From the NCBI GenBank assembly GCA_963674965.2, contig CAXXFL010000003.1, positions 256,001 through 320,000 on the forward strand: DNA of 64,000 nt, written 5' to 3'. The translations under genes and the position numbers were made by a program. Shown piece by piece: positions 9,378 to 18,459 of this stretch. The stretch's first letter is position 1. Every line of letters begins with the position of its first letter. The DNA comes from a bacterium (GTDB lineage: Bacteria > RBG-13-61-14 > DATKZS01). A model generated the notes under the pieces. That model saw only the letters and a program-made list of their open reading frames with translations. It had not been told where the DNA came from and did no database searches.

Positions 9378-11483
9378 CTAGACGATCTTGAAGTCCAGCG
9401 TGGCCAGGTCCTCCTTTTTGCTCGAGCCGCCCACGTGGGCCTTGTAAGATATGCTTTCCACGACCCACTCGCCTTCTTCAACGTCGTAATAGGCCAGCTC
9501 GGCGGCGCGAATGGTCATGGTCACGGTCCCGGTCCGGCCGGGCTCGAGATGGACCCGGGCAAAGCCCTTGAGTTCCTTTTCCGGCCGGTCGACCCTCGAG
9601 CCTATTGCCCCAACGTAAAGCTGGACTACCTCCTCGCCCTCTTTTTCGCCGGCGTTCGTTACGTCCACCGCCAGCACGATCTCGCCGTTTTTATCCATCG
9701 TGGCGGACGAGAGACGGGGTTTCCCGTACTCGAAGCGAGCGTAGGAAAGGCCGTGTCCGAAGTGGAAGGCCGGCTCGAGCCCGTTCTTATCGAGGAGCTT
9801 GTAGCCGTGATAATAGTCGTATACGACCTCTCTGGCCTTGTTATCGAAGGGAGGAAGCTGGTCGAGGGACCGGGGCATTACCATGGGCAGCTTGCCCGAG
9901 GGGCTTATATCGCCGAAGAGTATCTCGGCCAGCGCCGTCCCGCCCTCCATGCCGGGATACCAGGCCATGAGCACCGCGGGGACCTCGTCTTTCCAGGACT
10001 CCATTATCACCGCGCTTCCCGACTCGATGATAACGGCCACGTTCCGGTTGGCGTCGGCGACCGCCTTGATCAGTTCCTCGTCGGCGGGCGAGAGTCGAAG
10101 GTCCTCCCGGTCCCCTCCCAGGTTGGCCTCGCGTATGTACTCGCCCTCCTTCCTCCAGTCGAAGCCGGCCACCACCACCGCCGCGTCGGCCTCTCCGGCG
10201 GCCCGCGCCGCCGCGCTCTTGTCCGAGCCGGCGTAGACCACCTCGAGACCCGGGCCGGCGAGCTTCTTTATGCCCTCGAGCGGAGTTACCGAGTAGGGCG
10301 GCCTCACGACGCTCGAGCCCTTGTCGCCCAGGTTTACCTTTTTGGCCAGACGTCCGATCACGGCCAGACTCTTCATCCGTCCGCGGTCGAAAGGCAGGAG
10401 AGGTCCCTCGTTTTTGAGGAGCACCGTCCCTTTCCTGGCGGCCTCGAGGGCGAGGGCCGCGTGCTCGGGCCCGGCGATCATGGACTTGTCGTAATCCTTT
10501 CTATCCTCGAGGTGAGCGAAGCGGAGCTTTTGCCTGACGATCCGGAGGGCGGCCTCGTCGATAACCGATTCGGACACCTCTTGGGCCTTGACGGCCCTCT
10601 CGAGCTTCTTGCCGTAATGGCGGCGCATGGGCATCTCGACGTCGAGCCCTCCGTTGGCCGCCTCGGCCGTGTCCTCCACCCCGTAGAAGAAGTCGGAGAT
10701 CACGAAGCCCTCGAATCCCCAGTCGCCCTTCAATATATCGCGCAGGAGATGCTCGTTGTGAGAGCAGAGTTCTCCGTTCACGTCGTTATAGGCGCTCATG
10801 ATGGAGGCGACCCCATTGTCCACGCACTTCTTGAAATGAGGCAGGTACACCTCGCGGAGGGTCCTTTCATCGACCTTGACGTTGACGAAGAACCTCGATT
10901 CCTCGATGCTGTTGCAGGCGTAGTGCTTGGCGCAGGCCATGACGTGCTCCTGCAGGCCGCGCATGGATGCGACACCCATTTGGCCCAGGTGATAAGGGTC
11001 CTCGCCGAAGGTCTCCTGGGCCCTTCCCCAGGAGGGATGACGCAGCACGTTGATGCAAAGGGCCCCCGTGAAGTTGGCCCCTTGCGCCGCCATCTCGTAC
11101 CCGATGGCCCTTCCGATCCTCTCCTCGAGGTCCACGTCGAAGGCGGCGCCCCTGGCCATGGACACGGGAAAGCAGGTGGAACCCCTCCGGTTGGGACCGC
11201 GCGGTCCGTCCATGAAGCGGATGCCGGCGAGCCCGAGCCTTTTGTTGGGGGCCGTGCCGACGATGGTGCCTCTCCCGCTGAGCTGGTCATAGGCCTCGTC
11301 GAGCATCAGCCAGTAGGGCTCGGGCGTCATCTGGTCCACCTTTTCCGCCAGGCTCATCTTCGCCACGATGGACCTGGCCCTCTCCTCGATATCCGCGCCG
11401 GCCTCCTCGCTTACTTGAGCCGCCAGGCCGGCGGGGGCCAGGGCCATTACGCCGGCCGCCTTGATAAAATCACGCCTTTTCAT
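9378..11483 (-). CDS. Glycoside hydrolase family 3 (beta-glucosidase/beta-xylosidase) with Tat signal and Fn3-like C-terminus
   Basis: MKRRDFIK twin-arginine signal, DGPRG, WGRAQETFGEDP, KHY, ISDF nucleophile, FHFGHGLSY, EVVQLY. True start at 11483 after GAGAGGGG. Confidence 0.93.
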   Translation of the reverse strand: MKRRDFIKAAGVMALAPAGLAAQVSEEAGADIEERARSIVAKMSLAEKVDQMTPEPYWLMLDEAYDQLSGRGTIVGTAPNKRLGLAGIRFMDGPRGPNRRGSTCFPVSMARGAAFDVDLEERIGRAIGYEMAAQGANFTGALCINVLRHPSWGRAQETFGEDPYHLGQMGVASMRGLQEHVMACAKHYACNSIEESRFFVNVKVDERTLREVYLPHFKKCVDNGVASIMSAYNDVNGELCSHNEHLLRDILKGDWGFEGFVISDFFYGVEDTAEAANGGLDVEMPMRRHYGKKLERAVKAQEVSESVIDEAALRIVRQKLRFAHLEDRKDYDKSMIAGPEHAALALEAARKGTVLLKNEGPLLPFDRGRMKSLAVIGRLAKKVNLGDKGSSVVRPPYSVTPLEGIKKLAGPGLEVVYAGSDKSAAARAAGEADAAVVVAGFDWRKEGEYIREANLGGDREDLRLSPADEELIKAVADANRNVAVIIESGSAVIMESWKDEVPAVLMAWYPGMEGGTALAEILFGDISPSGKLPMVMPRSLDQLPPFDNKAREVVYDYYHGYKLLDKNGLEPAFHFGHGLSYARFEYGKPRLSSATMDKNGEIVLAVDVTNAGEKEGEEVVQLYVGAIGSRVDRPEKELKGFARVHLEPGRTGTVTMTIRAAELAYYDVEEGEWVVESISYKAHVGGSSKKEDLATLDFKIV

Positions 11484-12718
11484 TCCCCTCTCCTCTCTTG
11501 TCTTGATATGGTTTTCCAAAATCGCAAGCGGCCGCGAAGCGCGCTCATCCAGGGGGGCGGGTCCTTGGCGGCCACGTCCACCGCCACGGCCGCGGCCAGC
11601 ACGCCGCCTCTTACCACGAGTTGCATCCAGTTCTCGAGGCCCGTGTAGTCCATGCCCTGGATGACCGTGGCCATGACCAGCGCGCCGAGAAAAGTGCCGA
11701 ACACCGAGCCCCGGCCGCCCATCAGGCTGGTGCCGCCGATGACGCAGGCGGCGATGGCGTAAAGCTCGTACCACTCCCCCGCCTTCTGCGTCGCGCCCTG
11801 GTTCTGGGCCATCCACACTATGCCCGCCACGCCGGCCAGAAGCCCCATCAGCCCGAACACTGCCACCGTGTTGCGCTCGACGCGTATGCCCGAGAGCCGC
11901 GCCGCCTCCGGGTTCCCGCCGATGGCGAACACCCTCCTGCCGAACCTCGCGTGGCGGGCTATGACGTAGGTGACGACTAAAACTGCCGCCATCAAGAGGG
12001 TCTGCGCGGGAATGCCCCTGTACTGATTGGCCAGGTAAACGAAAAGCAAAATGCAACCTGAAGGAACGAGGGTTTTCAGGGCCAGGCCGATCTTATCGGC
12101 CGGGGCGCCCGACAGCGCGCTCTTTCGTTTTTCGCCGTATACGACCGCGGCGGCCAGAAGCAGGCAAGCGGCGCAGGCGATGGCCCATCCCGCCCAATCG
12201 GGCAGGTAATTGAAACCCAGGGCGTTGACCCACCTGTCGTCCGGAACGCGGGGGTCCCTGGCCGACACCCGCTGCGTTAGTCCCCTGAAGATGAACAGCC
12301 CCGCCAGGGTCACGATGAACGCGGGCACGCGGAAATAAGCCACCAGGAACCCCTGCCACAGCCCGAGCCCCAGCCCCACCAAAAGCGCGGCGGCCACGGC
12401 CAGGGTGGTCGAGACGCCGAGCCCTTCCTCGGGGTCCATGAGAAAGGCGCAAGTCCCCACCACCAGGGCGAGGAGGGAACCCACGGAGAGGTCGATGTTG
12501 CCCGAGACGATCACCAGGGTCATGCCCGCGGCCAGGATGGTCCAGGTGGCCATGTCCCGACTCAGCTTGGCTATGCTTTCGCCGCTGAAGTAGAAGTCTC
12601 CCACCTGGAGGCGGAAGAATATCCACATGGCCGCCAGGATGAGGACCATGGACACAAGGCGCAGGTCGGCCTTAAAGGGAGCGGGCTTGTCCGTTCCCGA
12701 GTCCTTTAAATTGCTCAA
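11480..12718 (-). CDS. xylH: Xylose ABC transporter permease
   Basis: GMTLVIVSGNIDLSVGS, VPAFIVTLAG, FGRRVFAIGGNPEAARLSGI, ELYAIAACVIGGTSLMGG. TTG start overlaps the xylG stop, with GGAGG upstream. Confidence 0.88.
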   Translation of the reverse strand: MSNLKDSGTDKPAPFKADLRLVSMVLILAAMWIFFRLQVGDFYFSGESIAKLSRDMATWTILAAGMTLVIVSGNIDLSVGSLLALVVGTCAFLMDPEEGLGVSTTLAVAAALLVGLGLGLWQGFLVAYFRVPAFIVTLAGLFIFRGLTQRVSARDPRVPDDRWVNALGFNYLPDWAGWAIACAACLLLAAAVVYGEKRKSALSGAPADKIGLALKTLVPSGCILLFVYLANQYRGIPAQTLLMAAVLVVTYVIARHARFGRRVFAIGGNPEAARLSGIRVERNTVAVFGLMGLLAGVAGIVWMAQNQGATQKAGEWYELYAIAACVIGGTSLMGGRGSVFGTFLGALVMATVIQGMDYTGLENWMQLVVRGGVLAAAVAVDVAAKDPPPWMSALRGRLRFWKTISRQERRGE

Positions 12719-14250
12719 GTCGCCGCCTCCATAATTTTTTCGGCCGCGGCCTCGCCTCGGTCGAGACGGGCCGCGACCTTCCCTTCCCGAAGGACCAGTA
12801 TCTCGTCGGAGACCCCCAGCACCTCGGGCAGCTCGCTCGAGGCCATGATCACGGCCATGCCCTTCGCAGCCAGTCTTCCGATGTTCTCGTGCACCTCGGC
12901 CTTGGCTCCCACGTCGATGCCCCGAGTGGGCTCGTCCAGGAGCAGGACCCGGGGAGCGCGGAGGAGCCATTTGCCGAGCACCACCTTCTGCTGGTTGCCG
13001 CCCGACAGGGTCTCGACGGCCGCCTCGAGGGACGGGGCCTTGACGCCCATGGCCGCCGCGGCCTCCCGGCAGGCCTCCCGCTCCCTGGCCGAGTCCACCA
13101 GGCCGAAACGAACGAAGTCGTCAAGATGTACCATGGACAGGTTGTCCTTGACCGAAAAGGACCGGATCAAGCCGTGAAGCTTCCTGTCCTCCGGCGCCAG
13201 GGCCAGGCCCGCCGCTATCGCCTGGGACGGTGAATCGATCTGGACCTCGACCCCCCTCACCTTGATCCTGCCAGTCCTTTTGCCGGGGGGCGATCCGAAA
13301 AGAGCGGACAATAAAGACGTCCGGCCCGAGCCCATCAGGCCCGCCACCCCCAGTATCCGGCCTTCCCTCACGCTGAAGCTGACCTTGTCCAGGATGTAAA
13401 CGCCCGGACGGCCGGGGGCCTCGATTGACAAGTCCTCCACCTCGAGGGCCACCGGGCCGGGGGAGCGATCGACGCGGGGAAAAACCTCCGATACCTCCCG
13501 CCCGACCATGGCGCCGATGACCTCTTGCCGGGTCCAGTCCGAGGCCCGGCGGGAGGCGACCGACTTGCCGTCGCGCAGGACCGTGATCCTGTCGGCGACG
13601 GCGAAGACTTCCTCCAGCTTGTGCGAGATGTAGACGATAGCCGCTCCCTGGTCCCTGAGCGACGCGATAAGGTCGAGGAGGGCCTTGACCTCCCGGCTGG
13701 CCAGGGCGGCCGTGGGCTCGTCCAGGACGAGGACCCGGCTTTTTTTCCGGACGGCCTTGGCTATCTCGACCATCTGCTTGAGGCTTACCCCCAGTTCGCC
13801 CACCATGGACCCGGCGTCCACCTCGACGCCGAGCGAGCCGAGAAGCTCCATGGACCGGGCGTACATTTTCTCGAAATCGACCAGGCCAAACCGAACCGGC
13901 TCGTCGCCCAGAAAAATATTTTCCGCCGCGGTCATGTAGTCAACCAGCGCCAGTTCCTGGTGGATAACGCCTATTCCCGCTCGTTCCGAGTCGCCTATGC
14001 CCCGGAACTTTACCGCCCGGCCGTCCACCCTCACTTCTCCCTCGAAGCTCCCGTGGGGATGGACGCCGCTCAGGACCTTGATGAGCGTGGACTTGCCCGC
14101 GCCGTTCTCGCCCACCAGGGCGTGGACCTCGCCCGGGTGGACCGCGAAGCTCACGCCGTCCAGGGCCCGGGCGCCGGGAAAGTCCTTGACCACGTTCCTC
14201 GCCTCGAGGACGAAAGACGCGTCATGGGCCATCGCTCGGGCGGCGGTCAT
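12715..14250 (-). CDS. xylG: Xylose ABC transporter ATP-binding protein (tandem NBDs)
   Basis: GENGAGKST, LDEPT, LSGGNQQKV, LDEPTRGIDVGAK. Confidence 0.92.
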   Translation of the reverse strand: MTAARAMAHDASFVLEARNVVKDFPGARALDGVSFAVHPGEVHALVGENGAGKSTLIKVLSGVHPHGSFEGEVRVDGRAVKFRGIGDSERAGIGVIHQELALVDYMTAAENIFLGDEPVRFGLVDFEKMYARSMELLGSLGVEVDAGSMVGELGVSLKQMVEIAKAVRKKSRVLVLDEPTAALASREVKALLDLIASLRDQGAAIVYISHKLEEVFAVADRITVLRDGKSVASRRASDWTRQEVIGAMVGREVSEVFPRVDRSPGPVALEVEDLSIEAPGRPGVYILDKVSFSVREGRILGVAGLMGSGRTSLLSALFGSPPGKRTGRIKVRGVEVQIDSPSQAIAAGLALAPEDRKLHGLIRSFSVKDNLSMVHLDDFVRFGLVDSAREREACREAAAAMGVKAPSLEAAVETLSGGNQQKVVLGKWLLRAPRVLLLDEPTRGIDVGAKAEVHENIGRLAAKGMAVIMASSELPEVLGVSDEILVLREGKVAARLDRGEAAAEKIMEAAT

Positions 14251-15386
14251 GGGGCGGGCCTTTCCTCCTCCGGCACGTTGGCGTAAACCTTGTCCAGCGG
14301 ATGCCAGCCGTCGGCGATTACCGTCTCCATCATGTTCTCCCTGGTCACGAACACGGGCTCGAGATATATGCTGGGCACGTCCTTTTGGCCGTTGCTCAGC
14401 GCGTTGACCTCATAGCCCATGGCCAAAATGGCATCCTCCGGGCTTTCGCCCCCGGCCAGGCGCAGGGCCAGCTCGGCCGCGGCCGTGGCCAGCTTCTCGA
14501 TGGGCTTATATACCGTCACGGTCTGGGTCCCCTCGGCCACCCGCTGGCAGGCGGCCAGCTCCGCGTCCTGTCCCGATACCGCCACCTTGCCGTCCAGCCC
14601 CTCCGCCTTGAGGGCGGCTATGGCCCCGCCGGCGGTCGAGTCGTTCGAGGCCACGATGGCGTGGACCTCTTTGCCCTCCGCCTTGAAGCGGGTCAGGAGG
14701 TTGCTCACCTTGCGGCGGGCCTCATCCCGGTCCCATCCGTCGAGGAACTGATCGTCAAGCACCGTGATTTTCTTTCCCGCGGTTTTTTCATGTTCCTCGA
14801 TGGCCCTGAGCTGGCCCGCCCGCAGGAGCTTGGCGTTGTTGTCGCTGGCGGCCCCTCCCAGCAGGATGTAGTTTCCCTCGGGGACTTTTTCCAGGATGCC
14901 CTTGGCCTGGAGGTATCCCACCTTCTCGTTGTCAAAGGTAATGTACGCGTCGAGGTCGCAATTCAGGATCAGCCGGTCATAGGCCAGGACGGGGACCTCT
15001 TTCTCGTGGGCGCTCTTGACTATGCGGGCGGAGGTCTTCAGGTTCTTCGGCACCACCACCAGCACGTTCACGCCGGTGGCCAGGAAGGTATCCGCCTGCT
15101 GGTTCTGGCGGTCCTGGTCCCCGTTGGCCACGGCCCGGATGATCTCGGCCCCCGCCGACTCGGCTTTTTTCTTGAAATACTCCTCGTCCCTTGACCAGCG
15201 GGACAGGTCGTAGGTCTCCATAAGAAAACCGATCTTGACCTTGCCTGATTTTTCCTTGACGCCCGGCTCGCCCCCGGCCTCGGCGGATTCCGTCTGCTTT
15301 TGCGAGGGCGAACACGAAACCAGGAACGCCAATACCAACGTCGCCGCGGCCGCCAGGCGGGCAATAAAAATTCCATTGTTTCTCAT
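14247..15386 (-). CDS. xylF: Xylose ABC transporter substrate-binding lipoprotein
   Basis: Lipobox LVSC, RWSRDE, AYDRLI, FDNEKVG, DNNA, ASNDSTAGG, SGQDA, TVYKP. Confidence 0.9.
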   Translation of the reverse strand: MRNNGIFIARLAAAATLVLAFLVSCSPSQKQTESAEAGGEPGVKEKSGKVKIGFLMETYDLSRWSRDEEYFKKKAESAGAEIIRAVANGDQDRQNQQADTFLATGVNVLVVVPKNLKTSARIVKSAHEKEVPVLAYDRLILNCDLDAYITFDNEKVGYLQAKGILEKVPEGNYILLGGAASDNNAKLLRAGQLRAIEEHEKTAGKKITVLDDQFLDGWDRDEARRKVSNLLTRFKAEGKEVHAIVASNDSTAGGAIAALKAEGLDGKVAVSGQDAELAACQRVAEGTQTVTVYKPIEKLATAAAELALRLAGGESPEDAILAMGYEVNALSNGQKDVPSIYLEPVFVTRENMMETVIADGWHPLDKVYANVPEEERPAP

Positions 15387-15405
15387 AACCGGTCCTCCCT
15401 GGTTT

Positions 15406-16719
15406 TCATTTGACGTATTGGTTAAGGATGTTTTCCAAAAGCTCCTGCCTGCCGCTCTTCACCGCCGGCTCTCCATTTTCCAGCGCGTATTTCTCGAGGT
15501 CGTCAAAATCGGCCTTGCCGCTGCTTATTTTTTGTCCCAGCCCGCTTTCCCACTCGAGATACCTTTGCTTTTTGAAATCCTCGAGCGCCCCGTCCTCGAT
15601 CAAGCTCGCCGCGTTTTTAAGACCCCGGGCAAAGGCGTCCATCGCCCCTATATGGGCGTGAAACAAGTCCTCCGCGTCGATGGATTGCCTTCTTACGTGG
15701 GCGTCGAAATTGAGGCCGCCCTTTTTAAACCCGCCGCCTTTGAGAATCGAGTACATGGCCAGGGTCGCGTCGTAAATATCGGTGGGGAACTGGTCCGTGT
15801 CCCATCCCAGGAGCGGGTCTCCCCGGTTGGCGTCAACCGAGCCGAAGGCGTCGTTGGCGATGGCGAACTCGAGTTCATGGATAAACGAGTGGCCGGCCAG
15901 GGTGGCGTGGTTGGCCTCGATATTGAGCTTATAGTCCTTGTCCAGGCCGTGCTTTACAAGGAACCCGTGCACGGCCGAGGCGGAAAAGTCGTACTGGTGC
16001 TTGGTGGGTTCCTTGGGTTTGGGCTCGATCATGAGCTGGCCCTCGAAGCCGATTTTCTTTTTATGGTCCGCCGCCATTTTCAGGAACATGGCCATGTGCT
16101 CGAGCTCGGCCTTCATGTCCGTGTTGAGGATGGTCTCGTATCCCTCGCGGCCTCCCCAGAAGACGTAGCCCTGGCCGCCTAGGCGGTGGGTGATCTCCAT
16201 GGCCTTCTTGACCTGGCTCGCGGCGCAGGCGAAGACGTGAGGCGACGGGTTGGTCGAGGCCCCGGCCATGAACCGGCGATGGGAAAAGGCGTTGGTCGTT
16301 CCCCACAAAAGCCTCACCCCCGTTTCCGACTGAAGCTTCCCGGCCAAGTCCGCCATGACGTCCAGCCTCTTGTTGGTCTCGGCCAGGGTCTCGGCCTCGG
16401 GGGCTATGTCACGGTCGTGGAAGCACCAGAAGTCAACGCCCAGCTTGGTGAAGAACTCGAAGGCCGCTCGCATGGTCCACTCGGCCTCCTCCATGGGGTC
16501 GTCCGGCCTTTGCCATTCCCGGATTATCGTGCCCGGGCCGAACGGGTCCTGGCCCGTGGCCTTGAAGGTGTGCCAGTAGCAGACGGCGAACCTCAGATGC
16601 TCCGCCATGGTCTTGCCCATGACCGCCTGGTCCCGGTCGTAATGCTTGAACGAAAAGGGGTCCCTCGAATCGGGGCCTTTATACTCGATCCGCTTTATGC
16701 CCGGAAAAAACTCTTTCAT
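15406..16719 (-). CDS. xylA: Xylose isomerase (class II)
   Basis: LRFAVCYWHT, FHDRD, VFWGGREGY, IEPKPKEP, LNIEANHA, GWDTDQF, GGLNFD. Confidence 0.98.
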   Translation of the reverse strand: MKEFFPGIKRIEYKGPDSRDPFSFKHYDRDQAVMGKTMAEHLRFAVCYWHTFKATGQDPFGPGTIIREWQRPDDPMEEAEWTMRAAFEFFTKLGVDFWCFHDRDIAPEAETLAETNKRLDVMADLAGKLQSETGVRLLWGTTNAFSHRRFMAGASTNPSPHVFACAASQVKKAMEITHRLGGQGYVFWGGREGYETILNTDMKAELEHMAMFLKMAADHKKKIGFEGQLMIEPKPKEPTKHQYDFSASAVHGFLVKHGLDKDYKLNIEANHATLAGHSFIHELEFAIANDAFGSVDANRGDPLLGWDTDQFPTDIYDATLAMYSILKGGGFKKGGLNFDAHVRRQSIDAEDLFHAHIGAMDAFARGLKNAASLIEDGALEDFKKQRYLEWESGLGQKISSGKADFDDLEKYALENGEPAVKSGRQELLENILNQYVK

Positions 16720-16751
16720 GGCTTCCTCCCTTTTTCTCCGCTTGTCCGGAC

Positions 16752-17990
16752 CTATTCCATCTTCTCCGGCAAGATGGGCCGGTTGTATATTTCATCCAGC
16801 ACCAGGGCCGCGGCCCCGACCGCGCAGGCGTTGGGCCCGTGAAGCGACTCCGTCACCACCGCGCCCCTGGCCGCCTGGGCCAGGGCGTTTTCCATCGCCG
16901 TGCTCTTGAGTAGGGGCATGACGTAGGGCCCGGCCTCGAGTATCTCTCCCCCGATTACCACCATGTCGGGGTTGAAGATATTGAGGATGCTGGCCACGCC
17001 CTGTCCCAGGCCGGCGGCAACCTCCGCCAGGACCTCGCGGCAAAGCGCGTCTCCCTCCGCCGCCGCCCGGGCTATGGACGGGAAGTCGATATCCTCCGGA
17101 GAGCCGGGCAAACCGGCCGGGACCTCGCCCCCCCGTTCCTCCTCGAGTCGGGCCTTAACCTTCCTCACCGCCGCGGAGGGACCGGCCTCGGTCTCCCAGC
17201 AGCCGCGGCGGCCGCATCCGCAAAGTTCCCCGTTGGGGTCGACCCGCATGTGGCCTATCTCGCCCGCGTAGCCCGAGGCCCCGCCGCAAAGGGCGCCGTC
17301 CATCATCACCGCGCCCCCGATGCCCACGCCCACGCTGAGGTAAACGAAGCCGGCCGCGCCTTTGGCCGCGCCGAAATAATACTCGCCCATGGCCGCCGCG
17401 TTGGCCTCGTTTTCCACGAAGAGGGGGGCCTTGAATTTTTTGGCCCAGGGATTTTTCAGGTCCAGGTCGCGCCACTTCAAGTTGGGGGCGAAATCCAAGA
17501 CGCCCAGCTTCCTGTTCACCAGGCCGGGAAGCCCCACGCCTATGCCCAAGAGTCTCAGACCGCGCCCGGCCCCGAACTCGAGGGCCCGCGAGATCAGCCG
17601 CTCCGTCCTTTCCAGGATTATCGGCTGAGGATCGAGCGGGCTGGAGGGGTCCTTGCTCTCCCACAAGACCCGGGCGCCAAAGTCGGCGCAGACGACGCGG
17701 ACATAGTTGACGTTCAGGTCCACGCCGATGGCGCACCCTCCCTCGGGATTGATCTTGAGGAGCATGCCCGGGCGGCCTTTTTTCGGGGCCTCCAGTTCCG
17801 ACTCCACCACCAGGCCGGCCCCGATAAGATCGGCCACGATGCTGGAGGCGGTCGCTCGAGTCAGTCCGAGTTCCTTGGCCAGCCCCGCCCTCGAGTATGG
17901 ACCCCGCTCGAGTATGGCCCTCAGGGCCATGGCCGTGTTGTGCATTCTCACGTCGGCCTTGCCGTCGGCTTTTTTATTCGCGTTTATCAT
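16752..17990 (-). CDS. xylR: ROK-family xylose repressor
   Basis: N-terminal HTH (SRAGLAKELGLTRATAS, GRP), ENEANAAAMGE, GEIGH, CGCGRRGCWE; first gene of the xyl operon. Confidence 0.88.
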   Translation of the reverse strand: MINANKKADGKADVRMHNTAMALRAILERGPYSRAGLAKELGLTRATASSIVADLIGAGLVVESELEAPKKGRPGMLLKINPEGGCAIGVDLNVNYVRVVCADFGARVLWESKDPSSPLDPQPIILERTERLISRALEFGAGRGLRLLGIGVGLPGLVNRKLGVLDFAPNLKWRDLDLKNPWAKKFKAPLFVENEANAAAMGEYYFGAAKGAAGFVYLSVGVGIGGAVMMDGALCGGASGYAGEIGHMRVDPNGELCGCGRRGCWETEAGPSAAVRKVKARLEEERGGEVPAGLPGSPEDIDFPSIARAAAEGDALCREVLAEVAAGLGQGVASILNIFNPDMVVIGGEILEAGPYVMPLLKSTAMENALAQAARGAVVTESLHGPNACAVGAAALVLDEIYNRPILPEKME

Positions 17991-18101
17991 TCGTTTTCGC
18001 CCAATTTCTTTTCCGTTTTCCGCGCGTATTCTCGGGCGTCTTGGGTTATGGGGTTGATTTTTTTGACGCCGATCTATGGCGTTAATATTTCAGGCCTCCC
18101 T

Positions 18102-18126
18102 TTGGTTTGTTTAATGAACAAACAAA
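18102..18126. promoter_or_regulatory. XylR operator palindrome
   Basis: TTGGTTTGTTTAATGAACAAACAAA matches the GTTTGTT-N5-AACAAAC operator of ROK-type XylR. It lies immediately downstream of the -10 box. Confidence 0.85.
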
Positions 18127-18154
18127 TATTAGCCGGTTATGCAATTTTTGTCAA
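18126..18154 (-). promoter_or_regulatory. Sigma70 promoter of the xyl operon
   Basis: TTGACA (18154-18149), 17 bp, TAATAT (18131-18126) on the minus strand. Confidence 0.75.
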
Positions 18155-18346
18155 GAAGTATTTGTTCATGGCTAAATAAAATTGATTAATCTGTATCATA
18201 TCAGGCATTTAGTACAAATATCTTTTTTGACATGCGAATTCGCGACTCATCCAAACAAAGCTTTATCATCAACGGAGATATCAAGGGCGCCTTCTTACTC
18301 CAGAGGTATTGAGCTTCTTGCAAAAGTACTTTTCTTTGCGGCATAG

Positions 18347-18380
18347 CCGCTTTGGAGTGCGGTCGCTTGAGACCGCTTTC
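18347..18380 (+). repeat. REP-like element; its inverted partner is split by IS481 (18446-18459 plus 19912-19930)
   Basis: CCGCTTTGGAGTGCGG at 18347-18362 is the exact reverse complement of CCGCACTCCAAAGCGG at 19915-19930. Each copy carries a GCGG..CCGC hairpin. Confidence 0.75.
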
Positions 18381-18459
18381 GATGGCCTTGGCTTGACAAG
18401 GCCTATTAATACACCGGCTTGCCTCGCGTCAAGCCGCTCGGAAGAAAAGCGGCGTCGAG

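Noticed and set aside
9435-11648. Long antisense ORFs (for example 9435-11648, 6654-8144, 22010-23425, 29814-31379, 32321-34210, 47509-49236)
   Set aside because: These are shadow frames opposite well-supported genes, expected in high-GC DNA, with no recognisable motifs.
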